This document shows, one piece after another, positions 17,076-27,036 of a DNA stretch of 32,000 bases. How positions within the stretch are numbered: the first letter of the stretch is position 1; every line of letters begins with the position of its first letter. Source of the stretch: Candidatus Thorarchaeota archaeon. GTDB taxonomy: Archaea; Asgardarchaeota; Thorarchaeia; Thorarchaeales; Thorarchaeaceae. Position numbers and translations under genes: made by a program. The notes below the pieces were generated by a model. It was not told the origin of the DNA. It made no database searches and saw only the letters and a list, made by a program, of their open reading frames with translations. Location: positions 360,001 through 392,000 of the forward strand of contig SHMX01000004.1 in the NCBI GenBank assembly GCA_008080745.1, read 5' to 3'.

Positions 17076-18131
17076 ATGCCAAACAGAGAGAATGAATCGG
17101 AGCATTGGTTATCCATATTGCGGAACTTTTCAAACGTTATTCTAGGAGAGATTAGGAGTAAAGGAGAAAAACTACGAGAAATTAATCTCTCGATATCAGA
17201 TTCAATTCCTCTAGATAAAGAAGTTACCTCAATATGGGTAGATGGAGGTAATGCAAATTTCGATTGTGTAGGGGGCAGTTGGTTCATAGTAAAAGCAGCA
17301 GCTGGCTACTTCTCATCAGGTGAAAAAATCAAATGGCATGAGAAAACAAGAACTGGTTTTACAACTTTACCAAGAAACATCGATCGATTCGTAGGTATTC
17401 ATAGAGATATCTTGGAAATAGAATGTGTTTTGGAGCTAATTGAGAATGAACCTGATTTCATTGTTCTTGATAATAGTTTGACAACCTATGCAAATATGGG
17501 AGTACCGCATTCACTACTGAAATTTTTCGAATCTGGAGAGCCTATGGAAGAATCCTCTGAATATGACTTCTTCCGATCATTTGTTGATTTTAAGAAGCGA
17601 TTTAATGCATTAATTCAACAATGCAAAATACTTGACATTCCTTTAATCGGAGCTGCAAAAGATCCAAAATCTAGACTACTAGCAAGAAAATGGAACCTCG
17701 GAAAAAATTTCATTGATAGTTCAGCAATCTCAATGTTAGCAAAGGGGAAAACTGGTTTTACTGAAGCTATGGAAGCAAAATATCTTCGCATTCCAAGAGT
17801 GGAGAAATATTTGGAAAAGCGCTCATTATTAACAGGTGAAAGAGGCAGGTTCCAATCCATTTTTGGAATTCTTCAACCAAATGGTCGCGTATTCAGAGTT
17901 GATTTTCCTGAATTTCAAAAGTCAAAACTGCAGGACATTCGAAAGTTTTTGGTTGCGATGCATGATGGGAATGGCTACCTTATTCCATCTCATATCGTTC
18001 ACAATAGAGCAACAATGCCAGATAGACTCTCAGATGGGTTATCTAAATTGGTGATGTCTTCAGTTGCGAAGGAAGATATGGAGATAGCAAAGTTTCTTTT
18101 TAGTAAACAAAGACGGAGCAAATTTGGTTAG
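17076..18131 (+). CDS. nurA: DNA double-strand break repair nuclease NurA
   Basis: WVDGG, FIVLDNSL, IGAAKD and GYLIPSHIVHNRA acidic/His motifs; first gene of the herA-mre11-rad50 cluster. Confidence 0.85.
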   Translation: MPNRENESEHWLSILRNFSNVILGEIRSKGEKLREINLSISDSIPLDKEVTSIWVDGGNANFDCVGGSWFIVKAAAGYFSSGEKIKWHEKTRTGFTTLPRNIDRFVGIHRDILEIECVLELIENEPDFIVLDNSLTTYANMGVPHSLLKFFESGEPMEESSEYDFFRSFVDFKKRFNALIQQCKILDIPLIGAAKDPKSRLLARKWNLGKNFIDSSAISMLAKGKTGFTEAMEAKYLRIPRVEKYLEKRSLLTGERGRFQSIFGILQPNGRVFRVDFPEFQKSKLQDIRKFLVAMHDGNGYLIPSHIVHNRATMPDRLSDGLSKLVMSSVAKEDMEIAKFLFSKQRRSKFG

Positions 18132-18143
18132 GGCGGAATAATA

Positions 18144-19724
18144 ATGACAAAGAGAGAAGTAATTGGAAATCTACTTGGAACAACCACACCAACTGAAGTA
18201 ACGATTTGTATAGATCCAGAAATCGTTCGATCTGCACCATTACGACTAGGAGAATATCTGATTATAGATTATCAATGTGAAGCATTCGATGAACCAGTAT
18301 TGGTATCTGTTAAGGAGATTGGATTATCTAATCTGAACATGCCAGAGTCTATTCTTACAAGTCCTAGAGAGTTTGAGGCATTGAAACGGATAGGGGATCT
18401 CACTGAAGGCGAAATTCTAACCGCAGAAGCTCAGGTTCTTGGTTTTCTTAATTCTGTCAACGAACTTGAATTTCCAAGATTTTCACCACCGCCTGGAGCA
18501 ACTGTATATAGAGCGCCTGTTGACCTTCTGAAACGAGCTTTTGGACAAGGGCATATTGAGATCGGACATCTCTTGACTAATCCGGATGTTCGTGTTGAAA
18601 TTGATGTAAATGAATTGGTACGTAGACATCTTGCGATTTTAGCAATTACTGGGGGAGGCAAAGGTAATACTGTTGCAATGGTTACATCACAAATTCTGGA
18701 AATGGGTGGGGCAGTTGTAGTAATAGATCCGCATAGTGAGTATCTACCAATGCGAGAAGATTTTGGTGACAAAGTAAAAGCTTTCTCGGTTAATGAGGAC
18801 TTATCGAAGCAAATATACCCTTTACGTTTCAAATACAATAGCTTCTCTGCTAATGATTTTATCTCAATGTTACGCATTCCTTCAACTGCTAACCTTCAGC
18901 GCAAACTTTTCAGGGATGCATTTGCTAAGTTGAAAGATACTGAGTGGGGATTGGATGACCTTAAGAACGCACTACGAGATGCAGATGATAATACGGATTC
19001 AGACCAGTTTCAGGGTATTATGAGCCGAATGAACGAAGTTATTGAATTCATGATGCTAGATAAGAACAAAGAGGTTCCCCTTGCCGGTGATGACCAACCA
19101 AGTCTTGTAGCACCAGGCCAGATGACTATCCTATCATTAGCAGGATTAGATACTATGGTCCAACAAGCTGTCGTAAAGCATGTATCTAGAAAGATACTAA
19201 GTGGTGGCATTGCGGCGCGGAGAGATATAGAAGCAGCGGATAAAATACCTTGTCCTGTATTGATTGTAATCGAGGAATGCCACAATTTTATCCCCGCCAA
19301 TGGCCAAGCTGCTTCTATGCGAATTCTCAGAAGAATTGCGTCTGAAGGCAGAAAATTCGGAGTTGGTCTTTGCGTTGTGTCGCAACGTCCAGGAAAAATC
19401 GATTCTGATGTTCTCTCTCAATGTAATAGCATGATTGTTCTTAGGATTGTTAATCCTAAAGATCAAAGAAACATCCAGGATTCTGCTGAAGCACTCTCTC
19501 AAGAAATGATGAAGGAATTGCCTACTCTCAATGTTGGAGAGGCCGTTATCTTTGGTCCAGCAATTAACCTTCCAGCTCTTGTTAAAATTGACAAGTATCC
19601 TGGTAAGCTAGGTGGGGAAGATATCAAGGTTGTCGATATCTGGAAAGAAGGTGGGTCCGATAGTAGAAAAGTGGGGCAAACGCGACATGATGATGATGGT
19701 GCATTCGATAGGAGGTCATGGTAA
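18144..19724 (+). CDS. herA: Bipolar DNA helicase/translocase HerA (FtsK-HerA superfamily)
   Basis: N-terminal HAS barrel (LRLGEYLII), HLAILAITGGGKGNT Walker A, VIDPHSEY, IVIEECHNF Walker B, SEGRKFG Arg finger, SQRP. Confidence 0.93.
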   Translation: MTKREVIGNLLGTTTPTEVTICIDPEIVRSAPLRLGEYLIIDYQCEAFDEPVLVSVKEIGLSNLNMPESILTSPREFEALKRIGDLTEGEILTAEAQVLGFLNSVNELEFPRFSPPPGATVYRAPVDLLKRAFGQGHIEIGHLLTNPDVRVEIDVNELVRRHLAILAITGGGKGNTVAMVTSQILEMGGAVVVIDPHSEYLPMREDFGDKVKAFSVNEDLSKQIYPLRFKYNSFSANDFISMLRIPSTANLQRKLFRDAFAKLKDTEWGLDDLKNALRDADDNTDSDQFQGIMSRMNEVIEFMMLDKNKEVPLAGDDQPSLVAPGQMTILSLAGLDTMVQQAVVKHVSRKILSGGIAARRDIEAADKIPCPVLIVIEECHNFIPANGQAASMRILRRIASEGRKFGVGLCVVSQRPGKIDSDVLSQCNSMIVLRIVNPKDQRNIQDSAEALSQEMMKELPTLNVGEAVIFGPAINLPALVKIDKYPGKLGGEDIKVVDIWKEGGSDSRKVGQTRHDDDGAFDRRSW

Positions 19725-20941
19725 TGAGTGATGAAATTAGAATTGGTCAGATGTCAGATTTGCATCTAGGATATAGACAATATGGTAAATTTACACGGGT
19801 AACCGACTTCTATAATGCGGCATTGGATGCTGCTGAACTATTGATAGAAAGCGATGTAGATTTTGTTGTTGTGCCTGGAGATATTTTTCACCGGGCCAGG
19901 CCTTATCCTATCGACCAAAGACATGCCATTAAGATATTTTCCAGATTCCAGAAAGCGGGTATTCCCGTATTTGCAATACGGGGTAACCATGATGCTTCTT
20001 ATGCTTGGAGCGAAAGACAGGGCGGGAATGAGTTACATGTTTTCGAGGACCTTGAACTTGTTACTCTATTAGAGGATGAATATATGGAATATGAGATTTC
20101 TTCAGGTCAGAAAGTTCGTATTTGGGGTATGGGATATCATGGAAATACTGCAATGAAAAAACTGAACAAGCTTGTAGAGGATAAAGAAACATTATTCGAT
20201 GAGGATATTCCAAATATATTGCTCTTGCACGAATTTCTTGAAAATCTTATGAAATCTGCTAAATTGAACGAGTATTCTTTGGATCTATTAGGATTTGATT
20301 TCATTTCGATAGGCCATTATCATGGTTGGTGGGTTAACGATAACCAGTCAATCTGTTCTTCAGGTTCAACAGAGCACGTATCAGCAGCAGAATGGGATGA
20401 ACCTGAAAGATCAGTAGCTCTTATTACATTGAAGAGAGAATCATCAAAATGGACCCCATCAATTACCAGGCTAAAATATCCTGTACGTCCAAAGATTCGC
20501 AAACAACTTGATTTTGGAGTTACAACGATTGACGAAGTAAAAGAAAAGGTATTGGAATTAATCGAAGAACTCGACCAAAAAGACACAATTGTTCGAATTG
20601 ATGTTACTGGAACTATATCCGATTCACCTGAATCACCAAATGTGGGAGAACTTTGCTCTCATGCAGTAAATGTATTTCATATCTCCCTCGATTCAGATTT
20701 TGATTATGGAGGCCTTCCGATTCGTGAAAATATCACTGATAATGAGGTAATGGTGGATGTTTTCAAAGAGCGTTTTGGCATTTCAGATTCTTCTGTAGAT
20801 GATTGGGTTGATTTAGCTAAGAGCATGAAAGAATTACTAATTGGATCCCAAGATGAAAGAAGTGAAGAAACGCAATTAGATATACTCTATAAATTTGCTG
20901 AGAAAGTATCCTCAAAGGATCTTGAGGGGGCGATTGAATGA
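19724..20941 (+). CDS. mre11: DNA repair nuclease Mre11
   Basis: Phosphoesterase motifs SDLHLG, PGDIFH, RGNHD, LLLHE, GHYH. ATG overlaps the herA stop (TAATG). Confidence 0.93.
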   Translation: MSDEIRIGQMSDLHLGYRQYGKFTRVTDFYNAALDAAELLIESDVDFVVVPGDIFHRARPYPIDQRHAIKIFSRFQKAGIPVFAIRGNHDASYAWSERQGGNELHVFEDLELVTLLEDEYMEYEISSGQKVRIWGMGYHGNTAMKKLNKLVEDKETLFDEDIPNILLLHEFLENLMKSAKLNEYSLDLLGFDFISIGHYHGWWVNDNQSICSSGSTEHVSAAEWDEPERSVALITLKRESSKWTPSITRLKYPVRPKIRKQLDFGVTTIDEVKEKVLELIEELDQKDTIVRIDVTGTISDSPESPNVGELCSHAVNVFHISLDSDFDYGGLPIRENITDNEVMVDVFKERFGISDSSVDDWVDLAKSMKELLIGSQDERSEETQLDILYKFAEKVSSKDLEGAIE

Positions 20942-23742
20942 TACTAAAAAAGATGAAACTGAAGCATATCAAATGTTTTGAAGAGAGTGAAGTTGAATTC
21001 TCGGTTGGAAAGAATGTTATTGTTGGAAGAAATGGCTCTGGGAAGAGCACTTTATTTCAGTCAATTCTCTTTTCCTTATACGCAGAGTATCCACTTGGAA
21101 ACAATGACGAGCTAATTCGACTGGGGGAAAACTCAGGTTCAATAGAATTAGAATTTGAACATAAAGGAGAACCATATGTGGTTAGTAGACAAATTAGTAG
21201 TTCAGGACCTGATGCTAGGTTGTATCAAGTTTCAACTGATACCGAGCTTGCTACCAAGCAGACAAAAACAACTGAAGAAATTGAAAAATTACTGGGGATA
21301 CGTAAGGATGTCTTTAGAGATATAATTTGGGTAGGACAAGGAGAGATAGCCCAGATAATAAGTATGGGAAATAAGGACCGCAAGGACCTTTTTGATAAGT
21401 TACTGGGATTATATGATTTTGAAACCGCTCATAAAAAATGCAGGCCTATTGAAAGGAAATTAGAGTCCAGTATTTCCCAGTCTGCAAAGCTATCAGAAGT
21501 ACATGAGAAAACTGCTTCGAAATTCGATCAACGAAAAACCGTACTAAAAGAATTGGAGACCGACCTCACGCATAAGAAATCTAAAGTAAAAGATATTCAG
21601 AGTCTTCTAGAAGATGCTAAAAAGAAGTTTGAAGAACTTGATGCATTGGAGAAAAGAATCTCAAAATTACATACTGTTATTGAGCAGAAGCAAGAAGAAA
21701 TTGACGACCAAATATCTACTTCTAAAGAGTATAAAACAAGTATACCTATTTTATGTAAAGAGGTCAATCTAACTATACCAGAATCAATTGATCTAGAAAT
21801 TTCTTCTACCTTAAAGAATGAATGCGATGAACAGATTGGTGAATTAACCACTAAAATATCCAAATATCGAAAGGAGAAAGAAAAGTGTACTGAAAAAGCA
21901 TCGAGATTAGATACACTTCGCTCTAAATTACCCCAAGAGAAAGCGGATTTTGATGAACTAAAGGATAGTATTGAGGCAAAGAAGGTTGCAATTCTTTCAG
22001 AGGTCCCCTCTATACATGATATTGATTTTGAGGATTGGACATCTCATATTGGTTCTGAAATCAAAAAAACAAGAGTTAAGAAAGAGGAACTTGAGAATAA
22101 TCTTTCTACGGCACGTGAAATAGAATCCCGTTTGCAATCGAAAGAAGAACGACTCTCTCAGATTCAAAAAACCATGAAAGGATTTCAATCAGAGATTGCT
22201 GATATAAGGAGCGTAGCAACACAAAAGATTGGAAACGAATGGAGAAACCTTGCAGAAATCGATTTACGTAGCGTTAGTGCAAAAATACGTGGGATTGAAA
22301 CAAAAATAGAAAAACTAACAACTCAACAAAGAGAACAGAGCAAAAACATTGCAAAACTGGAAACAAAAATTGAGAGAAGCCAATCCGATTTAGCTGATTT
22401 GTCTAAATTGGATGGTAAGAAATGCCCCAAATGTAAACAGATAGTAGATGAGAAACATTCTGCAAAATTACGTGGAGAAATCGAATCCCAAATCTCGCAG
22501 TATACCGACCAGCTTCAAGAAGTAGAATCTAGTCTCTCTGAACTTGAATCCAAGCTAACCTCTCTGAATGACGAAAAAGAGGATTATCAAACAAAAAAGG
22601 ATCACGTTTCTAAATGCCGTGATTATGCTGAGAGAGAAGAATCTTGGATACGGAAACTAGATGATGAAAAGGAAGAGTCTAAGAAAATAAAAGATGAAAT
22701 TAAAACCCTGAAGGATGAATTAACAAGTTATGATATCATCTCTATGGAAGAAGAGATTAGTATTTTAGATACGAAAATTACTGAGCTTGTAGAATGTAGA
22801 ACAAAAGCAGAACAAATTCCAGAATTGGTTTCTTCTCTTACTGATAAGGAGTCGTCAATTGAGATTCTTGAGTCTGATATATTAGAGCTAGAAAAACAAG
22901 AGCCTGACGAGAATAAAGACAAACTTACTGAAAAAATTTCTGCGATTGAAAATCAGCTTGATGTTTGGAGAGAGTTAACTAATGCTTTTGAATCACTTCA
23001 ATTAGTACTTGAGAAGTTACAAAAATTAAACAAAACCTTGGCTTCTAGGAAATCAGAATTATCAAATCTTGAAAACAAGTTTGATTCTGAGGAATACGAT
23101 GAATTATCTGCTAATATTGAAGCATATAAAGAGCAAATTAGCTCATTGAAAACTCGGATTGCAACTTTATCACAAGATCAGATTCCTCAAGCCAAAGAAC
23201 TTTTCGAGGAATCAAAGGAAGCAAAAGAGAAGCTTCTAAAAATTGGAGAAAAAGGAGTGAAAGCTGAAAAGGCATTACGCGTGGTTAAGATACTTCGCTC
23301 ATATTATCGTGAAGTCCAGAAACCACTACGACGACGTGGAATCCGGAAAGCCTCGCAGAATGCTACCGAGATTTTCAAAGAGATTATGGTTTCAAATGAA
23401 TTTGATCGAATAAGAATCACTCATGATCATGAATTACGAATCTCTAGAACTGGTTCTTTTGAACCAATGAGTACACTATCTGGAGGAGAACAGGTTATTG
23501 CGGGCTTATCGGTCAGGCTGGGTTTTGCACGTGCTCTCGCAAGTAGTGACCTATTATTGTTGGATGAACCTACTGCCTATCTTGATGACCAGCGTCGTGC
23601 AGAACTTGTTGAAACACTAAATAGAATTACTCCCGCTCGACAAATTTTGATTGTCACTCATGATGACGAATTTGAAAGAGTTGCTCAGAAAGTTATCCAT
23701 GTGCGAAAAGATGAGGGGATGTTTGCGTCTTCTATTGAATAA
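20938..23742 (+). CDS. rad50: DNA double-strand break repair ATPase Rad50
   Basis: GRNGSGKST Walker A, Q-loop VGQGEI, central CPKC zinc hook within coiled coils, LSGGE signature, LLLLDEPT Walker B, AYLD D-loop, VTHD. ATGA overlap with mre11. Confidence 0.96.
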   Translation: MILKKMKLKHIKCFEESEVEFSVGKNVIVGRNGSGKSTLFQSILFSLYAEYPLGNNDELIRLGENSGSIELEFEHKGEPYVVSRQISSSGPDARLYQVSTDTELATKQTKTTEEIEKLLGIRKDVFRDIIWVGQGEIAQIISMGNKDRKDLFDKLLGLYDFETAHKKCRPIERKLESSISQSAKLSEVHEKTASKFDQRKTVLKELETDLTHKKSKVKDIQSLLEDAKKKFEELDALEKRISKLHTVIEQKQEEIDDQISTSKEYKTSIPILCKEVNLTIPESIDLEISSTLKNECDEQIGELTTKISKYRKEKEKCTEKASRLDTLRSKLPQEKADFDELKDSIEAKKVAILSEVPSIHDIDFEDWTSHIGSEIKKTRVKKEELENNLSTAREIESRLQSKEERLSQIQKTMKGFQSEIADIRSVATQKIGNEWRNLAEIDLRSVSAKIRGIETKIEKLTTQQREQSKNIAKLETKIERSQSDLADLSKLDGKKCPKCKQIVDEKHSAKLRGEIESQISQYTDQLQEVESSLSELESKLTSLNDEKEDYQTKKDHVSKCRDYAEREESWIRKLDDEKEESKKIKDEIKTLKDELTSYDIISMEEEISILDTKITELVECRTKAEQIPELVSSLTDKESSIEILESDILELEKQEPDENKDKLTEKISAIENQLDVWRELTNAFESLQLVLEKLQKLNKTLASRKSELSNLENKFDSEEYDELSANIEAYKEQISSLKTRIATLSQDQIPQAKELFEESKEAKEKLLKIGEKGVKAEKALRVVKILRSYYREVQKPLRRRGIRKASQNATEIFKEIMVSNEFDRIRITHDHELRISRTGSFEPMSTLSGGEQVIAGLSVRLGFARALASSDLLLLDEPTAYLDDQRRAELVETLNRITPARQILIVTHDDEFERVAQKVIHVRKDEGMFASSIE

Positions 23743-23976
23743 TCAAAATTCGGAAATATCATAGGTTTGATTCGACAGTATAGTAGCGATAGAGCTCCTC
23801 CAGACCATAGTGATACGTCCTTTCATACTGAGCCCGATACGAGAGTAAAAATATATTCTTGGCTTAGGAGATAATTTAAACATCAAAGATTTAGAATTGG
23901 CAGTAATTATTGAAATAAACGATGTAACTATGTTCCGAATTATTTGAAATTTCGTTGATGAGGATGAGCTAGAAGA

Positions 23977-24390
23977 ATGAAAGAAATAAAAACCAAAGAA
24001 TCGGATGATTGGCAACCGTATGAGCTCTATATTGAAGTGGAGAAACGTCTGTCAAGATATCAGATGAAAAGACGCCAAAAAGAATCAAGTATTACAGAAT
24101 TCATTGAATTTGCGAAATTATCCAGTATTGCTTATATCTTGAAGAAAGATTTAGATTTCACATGTGTTCAAAAATCCAGAATCATAGTTCCTAAGGTGGA
24201 TACAGAAACGGTACTAAAGACCATTGAGATTCTCTCCTGTTGTAAGATGGCAGGAACACCAGTTCATTCAATCATGTTATTGACCGATGATCTGAACAAC
24301 GAGATTGAGCTATTGACTGATTACTTGTTTTCGATATCTCACATTCTTGGAACACCCAGAATCGCTCGATTTTATCTACCATGGAGCTAA
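23977..24390 (+). CDS. Hypothetical protein (137 aa)
   Basis: Open ATG-TAA frame co-oriented with rad50, globular alpha/beta composition; no family recognised with confidence. Confidence 0.65.
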   Translation: MKEIKTKESDDWQPYELYIEVEKRLSRYQMKRRQKESSITEFIEFAKLSSIAYILKKDLDFTCVQKSRIIVPKVDTETVLKTIEILSCCKMAGTPVHSIMLLTDDLNNEIELLTDYLFSISHILGTPRIARFYLPWS

Positions 24391-24519
24391 TCGATCAAGG
24401 CACTCATAGATTGACTTATCCATCGTAGTACAATATCGTGGATTGTTTGCTTATGAAGATAGTTTGATATTTGAAATTAGTAAGGACGGTTGTCGGGATG
24501 ATATGAATTGTTAGGTGAA

Positions 24520-25776
24520 ATGTCAAGCCAGTCGAAGCTTCGTATGTGTGAAGATATGAAAATACTTTGTTCCTTTTCCCCACGAGTAGCAGGTTCACCA
24601 AACGAACAGCAGACTGCTGAGTATGTTGCAAAAAGCTTCAATGACATGTCTGGTCTTACCGTAACCAAGTTGCAAGAAGATCTCCCATATTTTGATGCAA
24701 AATTAGCGGTACTGGAGGTAAGTGATGCTGACCTAAGAATCGAAGGTATTCCATGTTGGATGAGTCGCTCTACACCTCCTGATGGTCTGGTTGCTGACTG
24801 TGTGTATGTTGGGGGATTTCAGAACATAACTAACCTTGATTCTGATAACATTCAGGGAAACATCGTAGCGGTCATAATGGCACAACAATATCATCCAGAC
24901 GTAATTGAAGCTTGGAAGAAACTATTTGCCATGAATCCTGCGGGTGTAATATTCTTAGATCGAGAACGAGATAATGCACCTCGAACCTACATGTACGAAC
25001 CATTGAATGATATTTTCTCTAGTATTCCTTGTATGGTGATTCTTGCAAAAGAAGTTCATCACCATGAATCTATTTTTGGAAAAGAAGTTAGAATGTTTAT
25101 CGAGGGGAATCCAACTGAAGGAAAAATGCACATCGTTACTGCTGAGAAATCTGGCAAAGTATCTGAGACCATAGTTATCTGTGCCCACCACGACTCTCTC
25201 TACTTGACCGAAGGAGCTACCGACAATGCGGCTGGAGTTGCAATCATGCTGGAGGTTGCCAGATTCATCTCAAAGATGGATACTCACTATACATATAGGT
25301 TCATCTCATTTGGAGCAGAGGAGATGGAGATGAAGGGGTCTCGTTGGTATGTTGAAAGAGAAGATATATCCGATGTCGTCCTATGCATGAATTTCGATAG
25401 CATAGGTGCTCTACCTGGAATTGCTTTTCTAATTACAGGAGCAGACGAGTCATTCATTGGTTCCGTTTCTAAGATTACAGAACAGCATTACTATCCCTCT
25501 GAATGTAGAACTGCAGCAACTTCTGGTGGAGATAATATTGTCTTTGCTGCTCAAGGGATTCCCACTATCCATTTTGCATTCTTTGGATCCACAAGCAACA
25601 AAGTAAGCCATAGTTATGCTGACAAACTTAGTCTTCTTAACGGGAAAGAATTGGTCATCATGTCTGATTTAGCTTGTAGATTAATAGAGGATATTGAGAA
25701 TAGTCAGGAGTTAACAGAGGTAACAATACCTGATGATATGATTGAGTCAGCGAAGAATCGAATTGGAATTGATTAG
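24520..25776 (+). CDS. M28-family Zn metallopeptidase with PA domain (Iap/aminopeptidase-like)
   Basis: RVAGSPNEQQTAEY, CAHHDS, GATDNAAGVA, FGAEE, NFDSIG and HSYAD motifs; no signal peptide. Start is uncertain (24508, 24520 or 24544). Confidence 0.9.
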   Translation: MSSQSKLRMCEDMKILCSFSPRVAGSPNEQQTAEYVAKSFNDMSGLTVTKLQEDLPYFDAKLAVLEVSDADLRIEGIPCWMSRSTPPDGLVADCVYVGGFQNITNLDSDNIQGNIVAVIMAQQYHPDVIEAWKKLFAMNPAGVIFLDRERDNAPRTYMYEPLNDIFSSIPCMVILAKEVHHHESIFGKEVRMFIEGNPTEGKMHIVTAEKSGKVSETIVICAHHDSLYLTEGATDNAAGVAIMLEVARFISKMDTHYTYRFISFGAEEMEMKGSRWYVEREDISDVVLCMNFDSIGALPGIAFLITGADESFIGSVSKITEQHYYPSECRTAATSGGDNIVFAAQGIPTIHFAFFGSTSNKVSHSYADKLSLLNGKELVIMSDLACRLIEDIENSQELTEVTIPDDMIESAKNRIGID

Positions 25777-25786
25777 GAGATTGGAT

Positions 25787-26425
25787 TCATTTATACAAGT
25801 GAGTTGCAGTATAGGAATTCATTACTATGCTTTTAGAATCATGGTAGAAAATCAGTCTGGATATTTGAGCAGTGTATTCAAGCAAATTCGTTATGTTGCG
25901 TGATTCAATGTTGTGAACCTTTTCAGGATGCCAGATTGATATCGGAGCCCAAGAATCGCTCTTCAGCATTTTCTCCAAGTTCTTCACGATTTCACTGGAT
26001 AGATTAAGTGAATCGAATATATCCATTTTCAACTTCTTCTTTACTACTCCATAAAGAATCAACGGAAGTGTCTTTTTTGTTCCTGTAGCATCAAGGATAA
26101 CTGGTTCAACTGCAAGAATGTTGCCACTAAATGATTTTATTCCCTGAGCAGTTTCAACGCCTGCTTTGTGGATTTTTCCCTCAATCCGTTCCCCAAGTAT
26201 TTTCTCTGGCCAATCCTGTTTCTTCCAGTGCTTGAACTCTTTTTTGGATATCCAAGTATTGTGCCAGTCATCAATCAGTTTCAGATCCATTGGAATAAGA
26301 CTGTCCAGCTTGACCTCTCGACGGGCTTTCCCTTTCAACTCAATCATCATTCTGGTCTTCAATGTGACTACTCCTAACACTCTGCCCTGTTGTTTGTGGT
26401 GAAACCAGATAAGGATTTTTTCCAC
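25787..26425 (-). CDS. Hypothetical protein (212 aa, basic)
   Basis: Long open frame co-oriented with the upstream membrane protein; no motif recognised; GTG start uncertain. Confidence 0.7.
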   Translation of the reverse strand: MEKILIWFHHKQQGRVLGVVTLKTRMMIELKGKARREVKLDSLIPMDLKLIDDWHNTWISKKEFKHWKKQDWPEKILGERIEGKIHKAGVETAQGIKSFSGNILAVEPVILDATGTKKTLPLILYGVVKKKLKMDIFDSLNLSSEIVKNLEKMLKSDSWAPISIWHPEKVHNIESRNITNLLEYTAQISRLIFYHDSKSIVMNSYTATHLYK

Positions 26426-26493
26426 TCAGAATTCTCTTGGCTTTACATCTAATGAATTCGCTAGTGTTTCTAAACTTCTAATCCCAATCATGG

Positions 26494-27036
26494 TCAACTA
26501 TCAGGTTCTGATTTGCTACTTTCTTGTTCATCTATGTGTGAATCGTCCTCTAACCATATGTTTTCTTCATATTCAGTCTTTTCTCTCAACAAGTATAATC
26601 CAAGCAATGCAGGAAACGGGGTGGGAATTGTGAGCATAACAGTCTCTAGGAATAGTCCACTGATCAACGGTAGGAGTATACGCATGAGAAATGTTAGTAA
26701 TGGAATTGAAAGACTGAAGTATCCTACTTTCCGGAGTGTGTTTCGTGAGATTATGTTATCGTTTGCTCTGTATACTAGATAGAGGAACACAAAGATAATT
26801 TGCAATCCACCGTACCACATTGGTGGATATGGTTGAACGGCTCTCCAAGGGTACGGTGCATCTATTACAACCTCGTTTATTTTTATCTCGATCTCATAGA
26901 ATACCGAGGCTATACTCCAAGTGAAACGGCGATAGGTTATCTCTATTGGGGGAACCAAGAAAAGGAAAAGAAAAACAAGAGTCAGCAGACAAATTTCAGC
27001 CCATTTGGAATAACTGCTTCCCTCGTTATTTGTCAT
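26494..27036 (-). CDS. Hypothetical multi-pass membrane protein (about 4 TM, acidic C-tail)
   Basis: Four hydrophobic segments, last one IPTPFPALLGLYLLRE, then an acidic tail. Confidence 0.75.
   Translation of the reverse strand: MTNNEGSSYSKWAEICLLTLVFLFLFLVPPIEITYRRFTWSIASVFYEIEIKINEVVIDAPYPWRAVQPYPPMWYGGLQIIFVFLYLVYRANDNIISRNTLRKVGYFSLSIPLLTFLMRILLPLISGLFLETVMLTIPTPFPALLGLYLLREKTEYEENIWLEDDSHIDEQESSKSEPDS

Noticed and set aside
17256-17480. NurA motif deviations (VDGG and LDNSL instead of VDGS and LDGSL)
   Set aside because: The catalytic Asp residues are retained and NurA is highly divergent, so this is treated as ordinary variation.
18431-18877. 148-aa antisense ORF inside herA, and similar shadow ORFs inside pirin, GSDH, the SBPs, mre11, rad50, YkgJ and the MTase
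   Set aside because: Each lies wholly within a gene with strong family motifs and has no motif or RBS of its own; these are expected antisense shadows.
23945-23967. Clustered in-frame TGA codons, considered as selenocysteine recoding (Asgard archaea use Sec)
   Set aside because: No Cys-homologous redox motif around them, a TAA also interrupts the frame, and I saw no SECIS-like AUGA/GA core nearby.
23743-24015. 90-aa minus-strand ORF with a poly-Ser run
   Set aside because: Overlaps the 23977 ORF; the Ser run is the antisense of GAT/GAG-rich sequence; no RBS or motif.
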